Source of the DNA: an uncultured Spirochaetota bacterium
GTDB taxonomy: Bacteria > Spirochaetota > Brevinematia > Brevinematales > JAOACQ01
Reading direction: 5' to 3'
Length of the DNA: 64,000 nt
Assembly (NCBI GenBank): GCA_963835575.1
Contig: CAWIGG010000002.1
Location: 1,728,001-1,792,000 of the forward strand
Positions 21,627 to 31,315 of this stretch are shown here, piece by piece (position 1 is the stretch's first letter; the number at the start of each line of letters is the position of its first letter). Position numbers and translations under genes: made by a program. Under the pieces are notes generated by a model. It worked only from the letters and a program-made list of their open reading frames with translations, was not told the DNA's origin and made no database searches.

Positions 21627-23327
21627 CAGACTGTGTGAAAAAGGCGGTGTAAGACAATAAAGGCGGAGAAAAATCCTCAAATTTATTTTAATAAGGTATA
21701 ATATGTAATCAAATTTGAGGTGTGTAAGATGAACCATATAACAGGAGAGCCAAGAGACCAGATAGTACTTTACGCGGAAACTATTGATGGTTTGATAGAA
21801 GAGAAGAACCCTGTAAGAATTATAGACGCATATGTGAGCAGACTAAACATCAGGAGGTTGGGATTCAAAATTAAAGAGGCGAAAAAAGGGCGTCCATCCT
21901 ACACAGCGGATGTATTGTTGAAAATATATATTTACGGATATTTGAACAAAGTCAGGACCACGAGGAAATTAGAAAACGAATGTAAAAGGAATACGGAACT
22001 GATATGGCTGACCTGCCGCTTAGCGCCTGATTTTAAGACCATAGCGGATTTCAGAAGGGATAATATTAAGGGCATAAAAAACATTTTCAAAGAGTTTTTG
22101 AAAGTATGCCGCAAATTAGAACTGCTGACATTTAAATTAACAGCGACAGATGGAACGAAAATAAGTGGGCAAAACAGTCTGGGTAATATTTATAGGCGGG
22201 AAAGCATTGAAGGAGTTGAGAAAAAGATTAATGAAAAAATAGACAAATATCTTTTGGAATTGGATAAAAATGATAAATCGGAAGAAAACGAGTTTGAGTT
22301 TTTATCCAGCAACATTGAAAAAAAGCTGGACAGCCTCAAGACAAGAAAAGAAAAAGTAGAAGCGATAAAAAAAATGTTTGAGGCCGATCCGGAACTTGAA
22401 ATCGTTTACGGGAATGATCCCGACGGCAGAATTGGGAAAGATAAAGGGAAAACGGATGTTTTGTACAACGCGCAGATAGCAGTGGACGAAAAGAATAAAT
22501 TGATTGTCGCGGTGGATGTAACCAATGAAAGTAATGATGTTCATCAAGCGGGAAATATGGTTAATAAAGTTGAAGAAATAAAGAAAGAACTTGAAGCCGA
22601 ACCGGGATTAAAAACCATACATGTCCTGGATGCCGGATATTATTGCGAAAGTGAGATATTACCGCTTACAGACGGGGGTCATGAAATCTATATTCCAAGC
22701 CCGCGCGATGAAAAAGAAAAAAAGTCCAGGTACAAAGAGCAGCAGAAAGAAAGTATCCCGGCAAAAGGATATCTGGCAGAAGATTTCAAGATTGATAAAG
22801 AGAAGAACCAGTTGATTTGTCCGCAAGGATTACGATTAAATAATCAAAGTGTATATCAGGATAAAAACACGGGGATTACTGTAGCGGAATTCAAGTGCAG
22901 GAACGAGAATTGTGAGAAGAAGCATTTATGCACAAAAAGCAAAGAAGGCAGGACGGTAAAGTTATCGGTGCGAAAGGAAGATATGGATAAATTCGATGAG
23001 AAGGTCCGAAGTGAATTGGGGCAAAAGATTGTTGCAATCAGAAAAGAGTTGGCAGAACATCCATTTGGAACAATAAAAGGAAATTTTGGTTATAATAATT
23101 TCTTGCTGAAGGGGATTGATAAAGTAAAAAGCGAGTTTAATTTCACGGCATTTATCTATAATTTTAAAAGAGTTCTGAATATTGCTGGTTTTGATAAGTT
23201 ATTAGCCGCAATATAGTCTGAATTTCAATGATTATCAGTAATTTTTTATTCAGGCTCTTCTTTAAAGTAAGCAGGAACCTTTAGATGGCTGATCTTATAA
23301 ATGTATTCTCTTTTTTCACACAGTCTG
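21627..23327 (+). mobile_element. IS1182-family insertion sequence
   Basis: IRs CAGACTGTGTGAAAAA / TTTTTCACACAGTCTG, with TCA repeated on both flanks. Confidence 0.92.
21729..23216 (+). CDS. IS1182-family transposase
   Basis: GRPSY, LLKIYIYGY, PDFKTIADFR, DGTK, YNAQIAVD, DAGY, EHPFGTIK. Confidence 0.94.
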   Translation: MNHITGEPRDQIVLYAETIDGLIEEKNPVRIIDAYVSRLNIRRLGFKIKEAKKGRPSYTADVLLKIYIYGYLNKVRTTRKLENECKRNTELIWLTCRLAPDFKTIADFRRDNIKGIKNIFKEFLKVCRKLELLTFKLTATDGTKISGQNSLGNIYRRESIEGVEKKINEKIDKYLLELDKNDKSEENEFEFLSSNIEKKLDSLKTRKEKVEAIKKMFEADPELEIVYGNDPDGRIGKDKGKTDVLYNAQIAVDEKNKLIVAVDVTNESNDVHQAGNMVNKVEEIKKELEAEPGLKTIHVLDAGYYCESEILPLTDGGHEIYIPSPRDEKEKKSRYKEQQKESIPAKGYLAEDFKIDKEKNQLICPQGLRLNNQSVYQDKNTGITVAEFKCRNENCEKKHLCTKSKEGRTVKLSVRKEDMDKFDEKVRSELGQKIVAIRKELAEHPFGTIKGNFGYNNFLLKGIDKVKSEFNFTAFIYNFKRVLNIAGFDKLLAAI

Positions 23328-23466
23328 TCAGTGCGCTCTGTGGTGAAAAAAACAATTAATAATCTTCAACATGAATATTTAATAATAATTACTTGTTTAA
23401 TATCAAATTAACTTATTTTAGCTCAGACACTAATTAATAATATCGAATTATTTAAGGAAGCCATTT

Positions 23467-24801
23467 ATGCCTCAATTTTATTCATTAATAATTGGATTTA
23501 CAAAAAGAACCTCATATTCGCTGGCCAAAGCGCTGCTGGAAAAGGGTGAAAATATCATTATATCCGATACCGCTTTTGATGAAGAAAAAAAGTCACTGCT
23601 TAAAGACCTGAAAATTAAAGGAACTTTAATTGACCTCCTGGGAAATCAAAGCCCCGGGATTCTCGATCAATATCCCGTGAATTTAGTTCTGCCGAGCCCG
23701 GGAGTGCCCTTATCCATACCTCTGATAAAAGAAGCAAAAAAAAGAGGCATACCAGTCCTGGGAGATATAGAATTATTTTACGAATCTTATCCGCATAACA
23801 CTTATATCGGGATAACAGGGACTGACGGAAAAACAACCACCACAACTCTGACGCATGAAATGATAAAAAAGGAAAAAAACGCATTAATCGGAGGAAATGT
23901 TGGAATTCCGATATTTGAATATTATCAAACAATCAAAAATGATTCCATCCTGGTATTGGAACTGTCCAGCTTCCAGCTGGAAGCCATCCGGGAATTCCGG
24001 CCGAAAATAGCCGCTCTCCTGAATATAGCCGAGGACCATCTCGACCGTTATGATTCTCTCAAGTCCTATATAAAAGCGAAAAAGAATATTTTTATGAATC
24101 AGAATAAGGATGATTTTGCCGTACTCAACCTCGATTCTCCTTTCTATAAAACAATAAAAAAGGGATTAAAATCAAACATTCTGACTTTCAGCATCAGCAG
24201 CGCAAAAGCGGATATCTATTTTAAGAATAAATGTATCTATCTGCATGGAAATAAATTTATAGACCGGGATGATATAAAGCTGAAAGGCATCCATAATGTG
24301 GAAAACGCCATGGCTTCAATATTGACGGCTTCTTATTCCGGAGTTTCAGACAGCGCTATAATCACAACACTCAGGGAATTTTCCGGCCTGGAACACCGCC
24401 TTGAATTTGTCCGGGAATTGTCCGGTGTGGAATTTTATAACGATTCCAAATCCACGACAGTCAATGCGCTGGAAAAGGCTTTGCTGAGTTTTGACAGGCC
24501 TGTTATCCTCATCGCCGGAGGCCGGGACAAAGGGCTTGACTTTACAAAAATACGGAAACTCGCGCATCAGAAATTAAAAGAGCTTGTTCTCATCGGGGAA
24601 GCATCGGAAAAAATAAAAAAAGAGCTGGATTTTGAGCCTTGTTATGAAGCCCGCGATTTGTCCGACGCTGTACACCATTCAATCAAAGCTTCCCGGGCAG
24701 GTGATATCATAATAGTTTCACCAGGCTGCGCCAGTTTTGATATGTTTAAAAATTATGAAGAGAGGGGAAAGAAGTTTAAAGAAATTGTAATGTCACTATA
24801 A
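23467..24801 (+). CDS. murD: UDP-N-acetylmuramoyl-L-alanine--D-glutamate ligase
   Basis: SPG, GITGTDGKTTT, ELSSFQL, EHRLE, NDSK.T, SPGCASFD. Confidence 0.96.
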   Translation: MPQFYSLIIGFTKRTSYSLAKALLEKGENIIISDTAFDEEKKSLLKDLKIKGTLIDLLGNQSPGILDQYPVNLVLPSPGVPLSIPLIKEAKKRGIPVLGDIELFYESYPHNTYIGITGTDGKTTTTTLTHEMIKKEKNALIGGNVGIPIFEYYQTIKNDSILVLELSSFQLEAIREFRPKIAALLNIAEDHLDRYDSLKSYIKAKKNIFMNQNKDDFAVLNLDSPFYKTIKKGLKSNILTFSISSAKADIYFKNKCIYLHGNKFIDRDDIKLKGIHNVENAMASILTASYSGVSDSAIITTLREFSGLEHRLEFVRELSGVEFYNDSKSTTVNALEKALLSFDRPVILIAGGRDKGLDFTKIRKLAHQKLKELVLIGEASEKIKKELDFEPCYEARDLSDAVHHSIKASRAGDIIIVSPGCASFDMFKNYEERGKKFKEIVMSL

Positions 24802-24914
24802 GACAGTCATCAGTTAAAAGCCTTCAGCATCATCTAAGACTGATTGTAACTTTAATGTCGTTTATTTTTATTCAATTAAAATAATGATTTAGATGTGAAC
24901 TTTCTTTAAGCCGG

Positions 24915-25208
24915 CTATTCCTTTATTACTTCGATTTGCTTTCTGATGTTTTTGAACCTTCTATCAACACTGCCCAATGCTTCGGCCACTTTTTTCCGCA
25001 GATAATAGAGACCGCCGGCGTATTTAACCAGCACTCCATTATACATTATCTTGGTCCTGTCTGAAATATAATCGACAACACCGACTATATCCACTCTGGA
25101 CCAATCATTACAGGCCACAAGTTCCGGCAATTTAGTTAATGTAGTAGAAGTTATACTTTCATTTTTAACAGCATCAATATACATTTTAGCGATAGAACTG
25201 TGATCCAT
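24915..25208 (-). CDS. Hypothetical protein
   Basis: 97-aa ORF with RBS GGAGG. Confidence 0.75.
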   Translation of the reverse strand: MDHSSIAKMYIDAVKNESITSTTLTKLPELVACNDWSRVDIVGVVDYISDRTKIMYNGVLVKYAGGLYYLRKKVAEALGSVDRRFKNIRKQIEVIKE

Positions 25209-25231
25209 AATGCCTCCGCTTTTATATAAAA

Positions 25232-25415
25232 CCCAGGGTACCGTAAGAAACCTTTTTGGTCCCTTATTAAAAAGTGGAATTCTTACCTATACTTCCAGTT
25301 TCCCTGCGGACAATACAAAAGTACTGAAGGAGAGAGGCAATTCCATATAGAGTTCGGAATTCCAAAGAATGGATATAGAACCCAAAAATATCCTATTCTA
25401 CACGAGTACCCCAGG
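25232..25415 (-). ncRNA. ssrS: Probable 6S RNA
   Basis: 184-nt intergenic rod. Closing helix CCTGGGGTAC/GTACCCTGGG, nested helices TTTTTGG/CCAAAAA and TGGAATT/AATTCCA, central unpaired region, TAGAAT -10-like hexamer just upstream. Confidence 0.65.
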
Positions 25416-25422
25416 CATTATT

Positions 25423-25887
25423 CTATATTTTAATAAAACTTAAAAATAAAACCCAATGGACCGGAGTGACAATGGCATTAATTAATGAACCAGGCACCGT
25501 ATTAGGAATTAATTTAAAATAATCCAGATAAAGTACAATGAATCCTGAAATCAGCCAGCCCTGAATAACACCGACCAGAAAACCAAGAAAATAATTCAAT
25601 ACATTCTGATTCGTGTCCGCCGCCGGTTTCTTTAAAACGCTTCTAAACACAAGATAAAAAATAACCGTGCCGATAAAGCCTATGATTAAAGAAATCAAAA
25701 GAGAGGATTGCGGTTTCTGCATCAGCTCCGCTATCTTAACAATGATACCGGACAGAAGCATGGGCAGTGCTATGCGCAATAAAGAATTCAACGCGGGAAA
25801 GAAACCCGCTCTTGTCGACATATAAGCGCAGATCCCGATAATTATTATAAATATTATCAGAAATATAATATAAGAAACGCTCATCAT
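25423..25887 (-). CDS. CvpA (colicin V production)-like membrane protein
   Basis: Four TM helices; N..LGFLVGVIQG motif. Confidence 0.65.
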   Translation of the reverse strand: MMSVSYIIFLIIFIIIIGICAYMSTRAGFFPALNSLLRIALPMLLSGIIVKIAELMQKPQSSLLISLIIGFIGTVIFYLVFRSVLKKPAADTNQNVLNYFLGFLVGVIQGWLISGFIVLYLDYFKLIPNTVPGSLINAIVTPVHWVLFLSFIKI

Positions 25888-26012
25888 TTCCTCCTTATTT
25901 ACTTACTATAGTAATAATAAAATTATTAAGGCAAAATGTCAAGCGGCCGTATTGACTAATTTAAATCAAGCCCTTATAATTGGTCAAATTTTATTAAAAA
26001 GACAAATCTATT

Positions 26013-26933
26013 ATGAATAACAAATTGAAAAAGAAAGCGCTTGGTATTTTAGGGCCGACTGCCGCCGGTAAAACTCAAACCGCGGTCTCTCTGGCCCAGC
26101 TTTTCAGCGGCGAAGTTGTTTCCTGCGATTCGGTCCAGATCTATAAACGCCTTAACATCGGGTCCGCCAAGCCGGCGCCGGAAGAAATAAAAAACATTCC
26201 CTATCATCTCATAGATATATTCGACCCGGATTTTCAGATTGACGCCGGAATATATAAAAAAATGGCGGAAGAAGCTATTTTAAATATCATTGATTCCGGA
26301 AAGCTGCCAATTATTACGGGCGGAACCGGAATGTACTTTAACTCCCTTTACTATGGTTTTTTTGAAGGCCCGGGCCGGGATAATGAGTTCCGGAAAGAAC
26401 TGGAAAAAAGAGCTTCTTTAGAAGGGCTAGGATCACTTTATGCGGAAATGAAAAAAAATGACGCGGAATACTCGGTAAAAGTCCAGCCGAATGACAAAAG
26501 GCGGATCATCCGAGCGCTGGAAGTTTATCATAAAACAGGCATTCCCTTCTCAAAAATCCGCAGTTGCAATCAGAAACTTGATCTGGAATGGTTCATCATC
26601 GGTCTGGAATGTGATAGAAAAATCCTCTATGAAAAAATCGAGGAACGGGTCGATCAAATGGTCCAAAGCGGACTTGTTGAGGAGACAGAAGGCATTATTA
26701 AGGACTTCGGCGCCGGCGCTTTCGCTCTTGGATGCATCGGCTACCGTCATGCCTTGAATTATATTGAAGGTAAATGGAACTTTGAACAGTTTGTTTATAA
26801 TTTAAAACTGGACACCCGGCATTATGCCAAGCGCCAGATGACATGGTTTAAGAAGATCAAAGAAATCCATTGGCACCGAATAGAAGATTGGGAAGAAATC
26901 GTAAAGGCTGTTAAATTATTCTTGTCTGAATAA
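26013..26933 (+). CDS. miaA: tRNA dimethylallyltransferase
   Basis: GPTAAGKT, DSVQIYK.L.IGSAKP, GGTG.Y, RIIRALEV, TRHYAKRQ.TW. Confidence 0.97.
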   Translation: MNNKLKKKALGILGPTAAGKTQTAVSLAQLFSGEVVSCDSVQIYKRLNIGSAKPAPEEIKNIPYHLIDIFDPDFQIDAGIYKKMAEEAILNIIDSGKLPIITGGTGMYFNSLYYGFFEGPGRDNEFRKELEKRASLEGLGSLYAEMKKNDAEYSVKVQPNDKRRIIRALEVYHKTGIPFSKIRSCNQKLDLEWFIIGLECDRKILYEKIEERVDQMVQSGLVEETEGIIKDFGAGAFALGCIGYRHALNYIEGKWNFEQFVYNLKLDTRHYAKRQMTWFKKIKEIHWHRIEDWEEIVKAVKLFLSE

Positions 26934-26951
26934 AATCATTAAGGAAATTTT

Positions 26952-27938
26952 ATGAATATTGTTTTATGCCTTTCCAGACCTCTTGATTTGTCTCCTATCT
27001 ATAAAAGTCCTGTTCCGCTGGAGCTTCTTAATACCGGCAATTCATCCCTCTATGACAGTAATTATTCTCTCTGGCGCAAATTTTTTCCAGACGCTTCTTT
27101 TTATGTAATCGACTGCGGGCCCAGGCCGGTTTTTTCTGAACTGTCAGGCAATGCTGATAGTCTGAATATTCCCTCAGCCAGTCTTTTTTCGAAAACCTTC
27201 CTGTTTTCAACATTTTCGGGAGCTTTTTCATTATCTCCGGTAACCCTCTTCGTTCCTGCAAATCTTCAATCTAAAATTCTGGATAAGCTCTGTTTAAAGA
27301 TCCGTAAAGTTTTAAAAAACCCGGTTTCTTCAGACTCTTTTACATTCTTTTCATCCAGAGAGGGTAATCATTCTCATTCAATAGAGAAAGGGGACCAGCT
27401 CTTTCTGGAAAAAGAATTTGAGCTTTATTCCATTAAAAAATTCACACCCCTGACTACAACACTCCTCTGGAAGGAAAAGCACCCGGATGCGAAAGAGAGC
27501 CCGTATTTGTCCGGCAATTCCGTTTTTCTCATGAACACATTCCGTTTTAAAGATTTCCTTTCCTCTGCGGATGAAGAGCTTTATGAACTTTTCCATCTTA
27601 TCGAAAACAGCTGGAAAGACCGCTCATCCCTCCAAAACATCCTGGCTGATGCTGTTCAGCTTCTGGATTCATTTTCTTTTGAGGAAATGATCGTAAAAAT
27701 GGAAGACAGATTTGTAACTCCTTTTGAAGGCGGTTTTGAGGAAATCAATACATTTTCAAGACTTCTAAAGACACTGCCCCGCAATGATCATGGAAATTTT
27801 ATTTCCGGCAGCGCGGAAGTGTCTGATGTAACCGATTCCCTTATTCTGAATTACAGCAACAAAAGAATAGTTTTAAACCGCCTGAAGAATATACTGGCGC
27901 TTTCTTCGAATAATGGAACAAGAATAGAAAGCTTATAA
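26952..27938 (+). CDS. Hypothetical protein, remote mannose-1-phosphate guanylyltransferase (ManC)-like
   Basis: C-terminal third resembles the ManC C-terminus. The N-terminal GGxGxR motif is absent. Confidence 0.5.
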   Translation: MNIVLCLSRPLDLSPIYKSPVPLELLNTGNSSLYDSNYSLWRKFFPDASFYVIDCGPRPVFSELSGNADSLNIPSASLFSKTFLFSTFSGAFSLSPVTLFVPANLQSKILDKLCLKIRKVLKNPVSSDSFTFFSSREGNHSHSIEKGDQLFLEKEFELYSIKKFTPLTTTLLWKEKHPDAKESPYLSGNSVFLMNTFRFKDFLSSADEELYELFHLIENSWKDRSSLQNILADAVQLLDSFSFEEMIVKMEDRFVTPFEGGFEEINTFSRLLKTLPRNDHGNFISGSAEVSDVTDSLILNYSNKRIVLNRLKNILALSSNNGTRIESL

Positions 27939-28652
27939 TTTTATCCGGGATTTAACAACGGCGCCGGGCGCGATCTCCAGCGTATCCATATATTCCACCT
28001 GGTCGATCTCGCATTTATCGCCGATGATGATTTTATTTCCGCGGACGGTTTTCGCAACCGTATACTCCAATGTAATATTCGTTCCTTCAATCTGCTCCGT
28101 TACCAGCCGGTCTTTCCTGCCGAATAGTGAAAGAAACAGGCTGAAATCCATAAACTTTCCATGTTTTATCACGATCTCTTCGCCGCCTATTTCACGGGCA
28201 TAACAGTTCCAGCCGAATTTAATATCGATATTATTTGCGTTGAGAAGCCCGTTGACTTTAAAACCGCCTCTGGAACGGAACTCTTCCGCTTCGAGCCCTT
28301 CCCCGCTTGAAATAAAGCCGCTGGAATCAATTAATTGGGCTTTGATCCCTCCCCCGACTTTAAAGCTGCCGTTCACTGTCATTTCCCCGGCTTTAAGATT
28401 TCCGTCAATCGTCAACGCTCCGCTGTCCCTGATCACTTTACTTTCAACATTCCCTGTAATTGTTGCTGTCCCGCTCACTTTCATTTTCTGTAAATCAGCG
28501 TTTCCTTTGATTTTACCCATTCCGGAAATACTCAAAGTTTCGGCTTTAATATCACCGTTAATGTCCCCCATACCCGAAATGCTGATATCCCGGTATGTTC
28601 CTCCGGCGAACTTGCCGAACCCCGAGATTTTAATATCAGAAATATTCTCCAT
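27933..28652 (-). CDS. Polymer-forming cytoskeletal (bactofilin-like, YhbE/YhbF-like) protein
   Basis: Repeated ISG.G.I.G beta-helix motifs; EGFKVNGLLNA, EIGG. Confidence 0.85.
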   Translation of the reverse strand: MENISDIKISGFGKFAGGTYRDISISGMGDINGDIKAETLSISGMGKIKGNADLQKMKVSGTATITGNVESKVIRDSGALTIDGNLKAGEMTVNGSFKVGGGIKAQLIDSSGFISSGEGLEAEEFRSRGGFKVNGLLNANNIDIKFGWNCYAREIGGEEIVIKHGKFMDFSLFLSLFGRKDRLVTEQIEGTNITLEYTVAKTVRGNKIIIGDKCEIDQVEYMDTLEIAPGAVVKSRIKL

Positions 28653-28697
28653 AATTATTCCTCCTTGGAGTTTCTATATCATTTAACAGTCAGCCCA

Positions 28698-29333
28698 TTA
28701 TTTGATCTTCTCTTTTAAATTCATATTAAGTTCCTTTGAAATTTCATCCAGATCATATACCTTCAATTCCTGTGTATTTTTGTCATAAAACAGCCTGGCG
28801 TCCTGTTTCGCCATCAAATAATAATTTTCCGTATTCTTTTTACAGACGATGAACCGGTAAGCAGTATCTTTTAAAACCGGCAGCCAGTTATCCATGCTGT
28901 CTATGATTTCCATCATTTTATCCCCTGAAAACCCCAGGTCGCTTTTCAATTTCCCCAGGAGGGAAATAAAGATCAATTCAATAAAATTAAATCGGTCTTT
29001 TTGAAGAGCCTTTTCAAATAACGCCAGAATTTCCGGGTCCAGGCCTGCCGCCTCATTCAGGTCGCCGGCATTAAAAGTCAGTTTAGTCAACTCAGGCGAG
29101 ATCATATTAGCCAGCTCTTCCAGGGAATAGCGGTCTTTCAATTCAAGAATACCGGAAATTCTATTGAGTATTTTTTTCCTCGGAAAAAAGGTTTCCTGTC
29201 CTGTGAAAGAAGCTTTTTTAATAAACCAAGCTTCCGGCAGAAGATTTTCCCGCTTCCAGCGGTAGAGCTGGCCGTAGGATATTTTTGTCAATTGCAGTAA
29301 ATCCTTTTTTGAAATCAGATCATTTTCTTCCAT
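28698..29333 (-). CDS. YhbD-like (DUF4004) HTH regulator
   Basis: LISKKDLLQLTKISYGQLYRWKR.NLLPE.WFIKK.SFTGQETFFP. Confidence 0.88.
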   Translation of the reverse strand: MEENDLISKKDLLQLTKISYGQLYRWKRENLLPEAWFIKKASFTGQETFFPRKKILNRISGILELKDRYSLEELANMISPELTKLTFNAGDLNEAAGLDPEILALFEKALQKDRFNFIELIFISLLGKLKSDLGFSGDKMMEIIDSMDNWLPVLKDTAYRFIVCKKNTENYYLMAKQDARLFYDKNTQELKVYDLDEISKELNMNLKEKIK

Positions 29334-29343
29334 GTATATCCCC

Positions 29344-29429
29344 TAACATAACATTTGTTCTGCAAATTTAATCACATTAACGCAACAATGTTTTGTTACG
29401 TTAATAATATAACATAACATTGTTACGTT
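29344..29429. promoter_or_regulatory. Candidate autoregulatory operators upstream of the yhbD-like gene
   Basis: Repeated AACRYAACA half-sites, including IR TAACGCAACA-N6-TGTTACGTTA. Confidence 0.5.
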
Positions 29430-29564
29430 GTCAAGATTTTTAAAATAATTTTTTATAATGCATCATTTTTATAGAAAATTAAGTTTATAAATTAACTAAT
29501 AGCTTTGAAATTTTTATTTTGTCGGGTTTGATCTTTAGCGGGCGTTAAAAGCAGATGTTTAACA

Positions 29565-29581
29565 CTGCCAGTATTTGACAG
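29565..29581. promoter_or_regulatory. Candidate WYL-regulator operator 1
   Basis: CTGCC-N7-GACAG palindrome upstream of the WYL gene; matches the site at 30562. Confidence 0.6.
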
Positions 29582-29628
29582 TGATCAATATTATGATTTA
29601 TTATAAACATTATCAGGAGGATATATTT

Positions 29629-30540
29629 ATGAAAACATCCACACCGAAATTTTCCAATTTTCTGAGAATTTTTGAAATACTGTCTGAGACCAGATGGACA
29701 AAAGCTTTTGAAATCGCCATGGAATTGGATGTCTCAGAAAGGACTATCTGGCGGTATATCGCACAGATCAATGATGGATTCCCTGATTACCCTGTTATTG
29801 AAAGTTCGAAAGAGGGATATCGGCTGGTTAAAAACGATTTTTTAACTTTTCTCAGGAAACGGGAAGATGATTCCTTTGCATTAGAAGCCGTACTTAGTCA
29901 ATCACCGCTTGGCACGATTATTTCCAGAAAATCAGGGGGACAGGAAGTATTTTTATCCAAGCTGGCCGGCCGGCTGGAATTGAAAACCAGTATTCCGGCT
30001 GATAAACTTCGCCCGATATTTAATGCGCTCATGAAGTCAAGGTGCCTGATAACGCAATACCATAAGAACAAAGAAATTAATTCTATAGAATTCGTTCCAT
30101 TACGTCTGGTTATGGAACACAATATTCCCTATCTTAATATACTGGATTTAGATGACGTAATAATTAAACTCATTGCCATCGACAAAATGGAAGAAATCCG
30201 GATTTCCGAAAAGATCGTCGATCCGAAAGAAATTGAAAAACACCGGCTTTTCCTGCAAAGCGCCTGGGGAATAATGATAACAGAAAATATTCATAACGTC
30301 AGGTTTCAGGTGATCAGTGATATTTTACCCTATTTCAAAAATACGTCTATTCATTCTTCTCAAAAGTTTATTACAGTTGATAACCCGTTTTCGGTGATCA
30401 GTGTGGATGTACATAATCTGAGAGAATTTGTCCGTTTTACGCTCCGTTTCGGAAGAGCGATAAAGATCATTGATCCAGAGGAAGCGATAGAGGAAGTACA
30501 TGAATTTCTGGAAGATATGCTGAATTATTATAAAAAATAA
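29629..30540 (+). CDS. WYL-domain transcriptional regulator (HTH-WYL-WCX)
   Basis: EIAMELDVSERTIWRYI HTH, P.RL..YL..AIDKM WYL core, IH.SQ and FG..IKIIDP WCX; RBS AGGAGG. Confidence 0.9.
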   Translation: MKTSTPKFSNFLRIFEILSETRWTKAFEIAMELDVSERTIWRYIAQINDGFPDYPVIESSKEGYRLVKNDFLTFLRKREDDSFALEAVLSQSPLGTIISRKSGGQEVFLSKLAGRLELKTSIPADKLRPIFNALMKSRCLITQYHKNKEINSIEFVPLRLVMEHNIPYLNILDLDDVIIKLIAIDKMEEIRISEKIVDPKEIEKHRLFLQSAWGIMITENIHNVRFQVISDILPYFKNTSIHSSQKFITVDNPFSVISVDVHNLREFVRFTLRFGRAIKIIDPEEAIEEVHEFLEDMLNYYKK

Positions 30541-30561
30541 ATTCCACTTAAATTATTATCC

Positions 30562-30578
30562 CTGACTAAATATGACAG
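30562..30578. promoter_or_regulatory. Candidate WYL-regulator operator 2
   Basis: CTGAC-N7-GACAG upstream of the downstream gene cluster. Confidence 0.6.
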
Positions 30579-30681
30579 GATGATAAAGTACCATTTCATA
30601 TCAGATAATTTTAAAGAATTAAAATACAGATTTGTATTTTAATGGACTATAAAATAATTTAAGAAAATAAGGAGTAAATTT

Positions 30682-31227
30682 ATGAAGAACATCAACAAAT
30701 ATTCCTTACTGTTAATTCTCACTTTTATACCAATGATTGTATTCGCACAGCAGAAAAGTAGAAATTACTTAGACTATCCTATTGAATATACCCAGATATC
30801 AGGTGTTTTTAAAGGAAAACCGACACCAAGAATGTTATTCTATACACCAGGCAACCTTGTTAATATTACAAATGAAAATGGTATAACTTTAATCTGCAGA
30901 ATAGATAAAAAGACAAGAAAAAACAACGGTGAAACTTATTATCTCTCATTAAATCAGGGTAAAAAGAAAATATTGTTATTTCAAATATCACTTCAAATAA
31001 ATGATGATGAAGAATGCAGCTACATGACCTATTTTAAAGTAAAAAATGTTGAATCCGGTTTAATTTCAGAGTTTAGTTATGACGCTGATGATACAGTGAC
31101 ATCTTTTGGCCGCATAATGGGCGGATTCTCTGGAACAGCTCAATATATGTTTAATATTGATCAATTGAATAAAAGTTTTGAGGATAAAAGTGATTCGAAT
31201 ACAACAAACAAATCTTTATCGGAATAG
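30682..31227 (+). CDS. Exported hypothetical protein
   Basis: Signal peptide ending VFA-Q; RBS AAGGAG. Confidence 0.75.
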   Translation: MKNINKYSLLLILTFIPMIVFAQQKSRNYLDYPIEYTQISGVFKGKPTPRMLFYTPGNLVNITNENGITLICRIDKKTRKNNGETYYLSLNQGKKKILLFQISLQINDDEECSYMTYFKVKNVESGLISEFSYDADDTVTSFGRIMGGFSGTAQYMFNIDQLNKSFEDKSDSNTTNKSLSE

Positions 31228-31315
31228 CTATTTTAAGTAGTACAAATATATTTGTACTTAATTATGTCTAGATCTATAATGGGATTACTTCCTATTGGGA
31301 GATGGAGGTTTTAGA

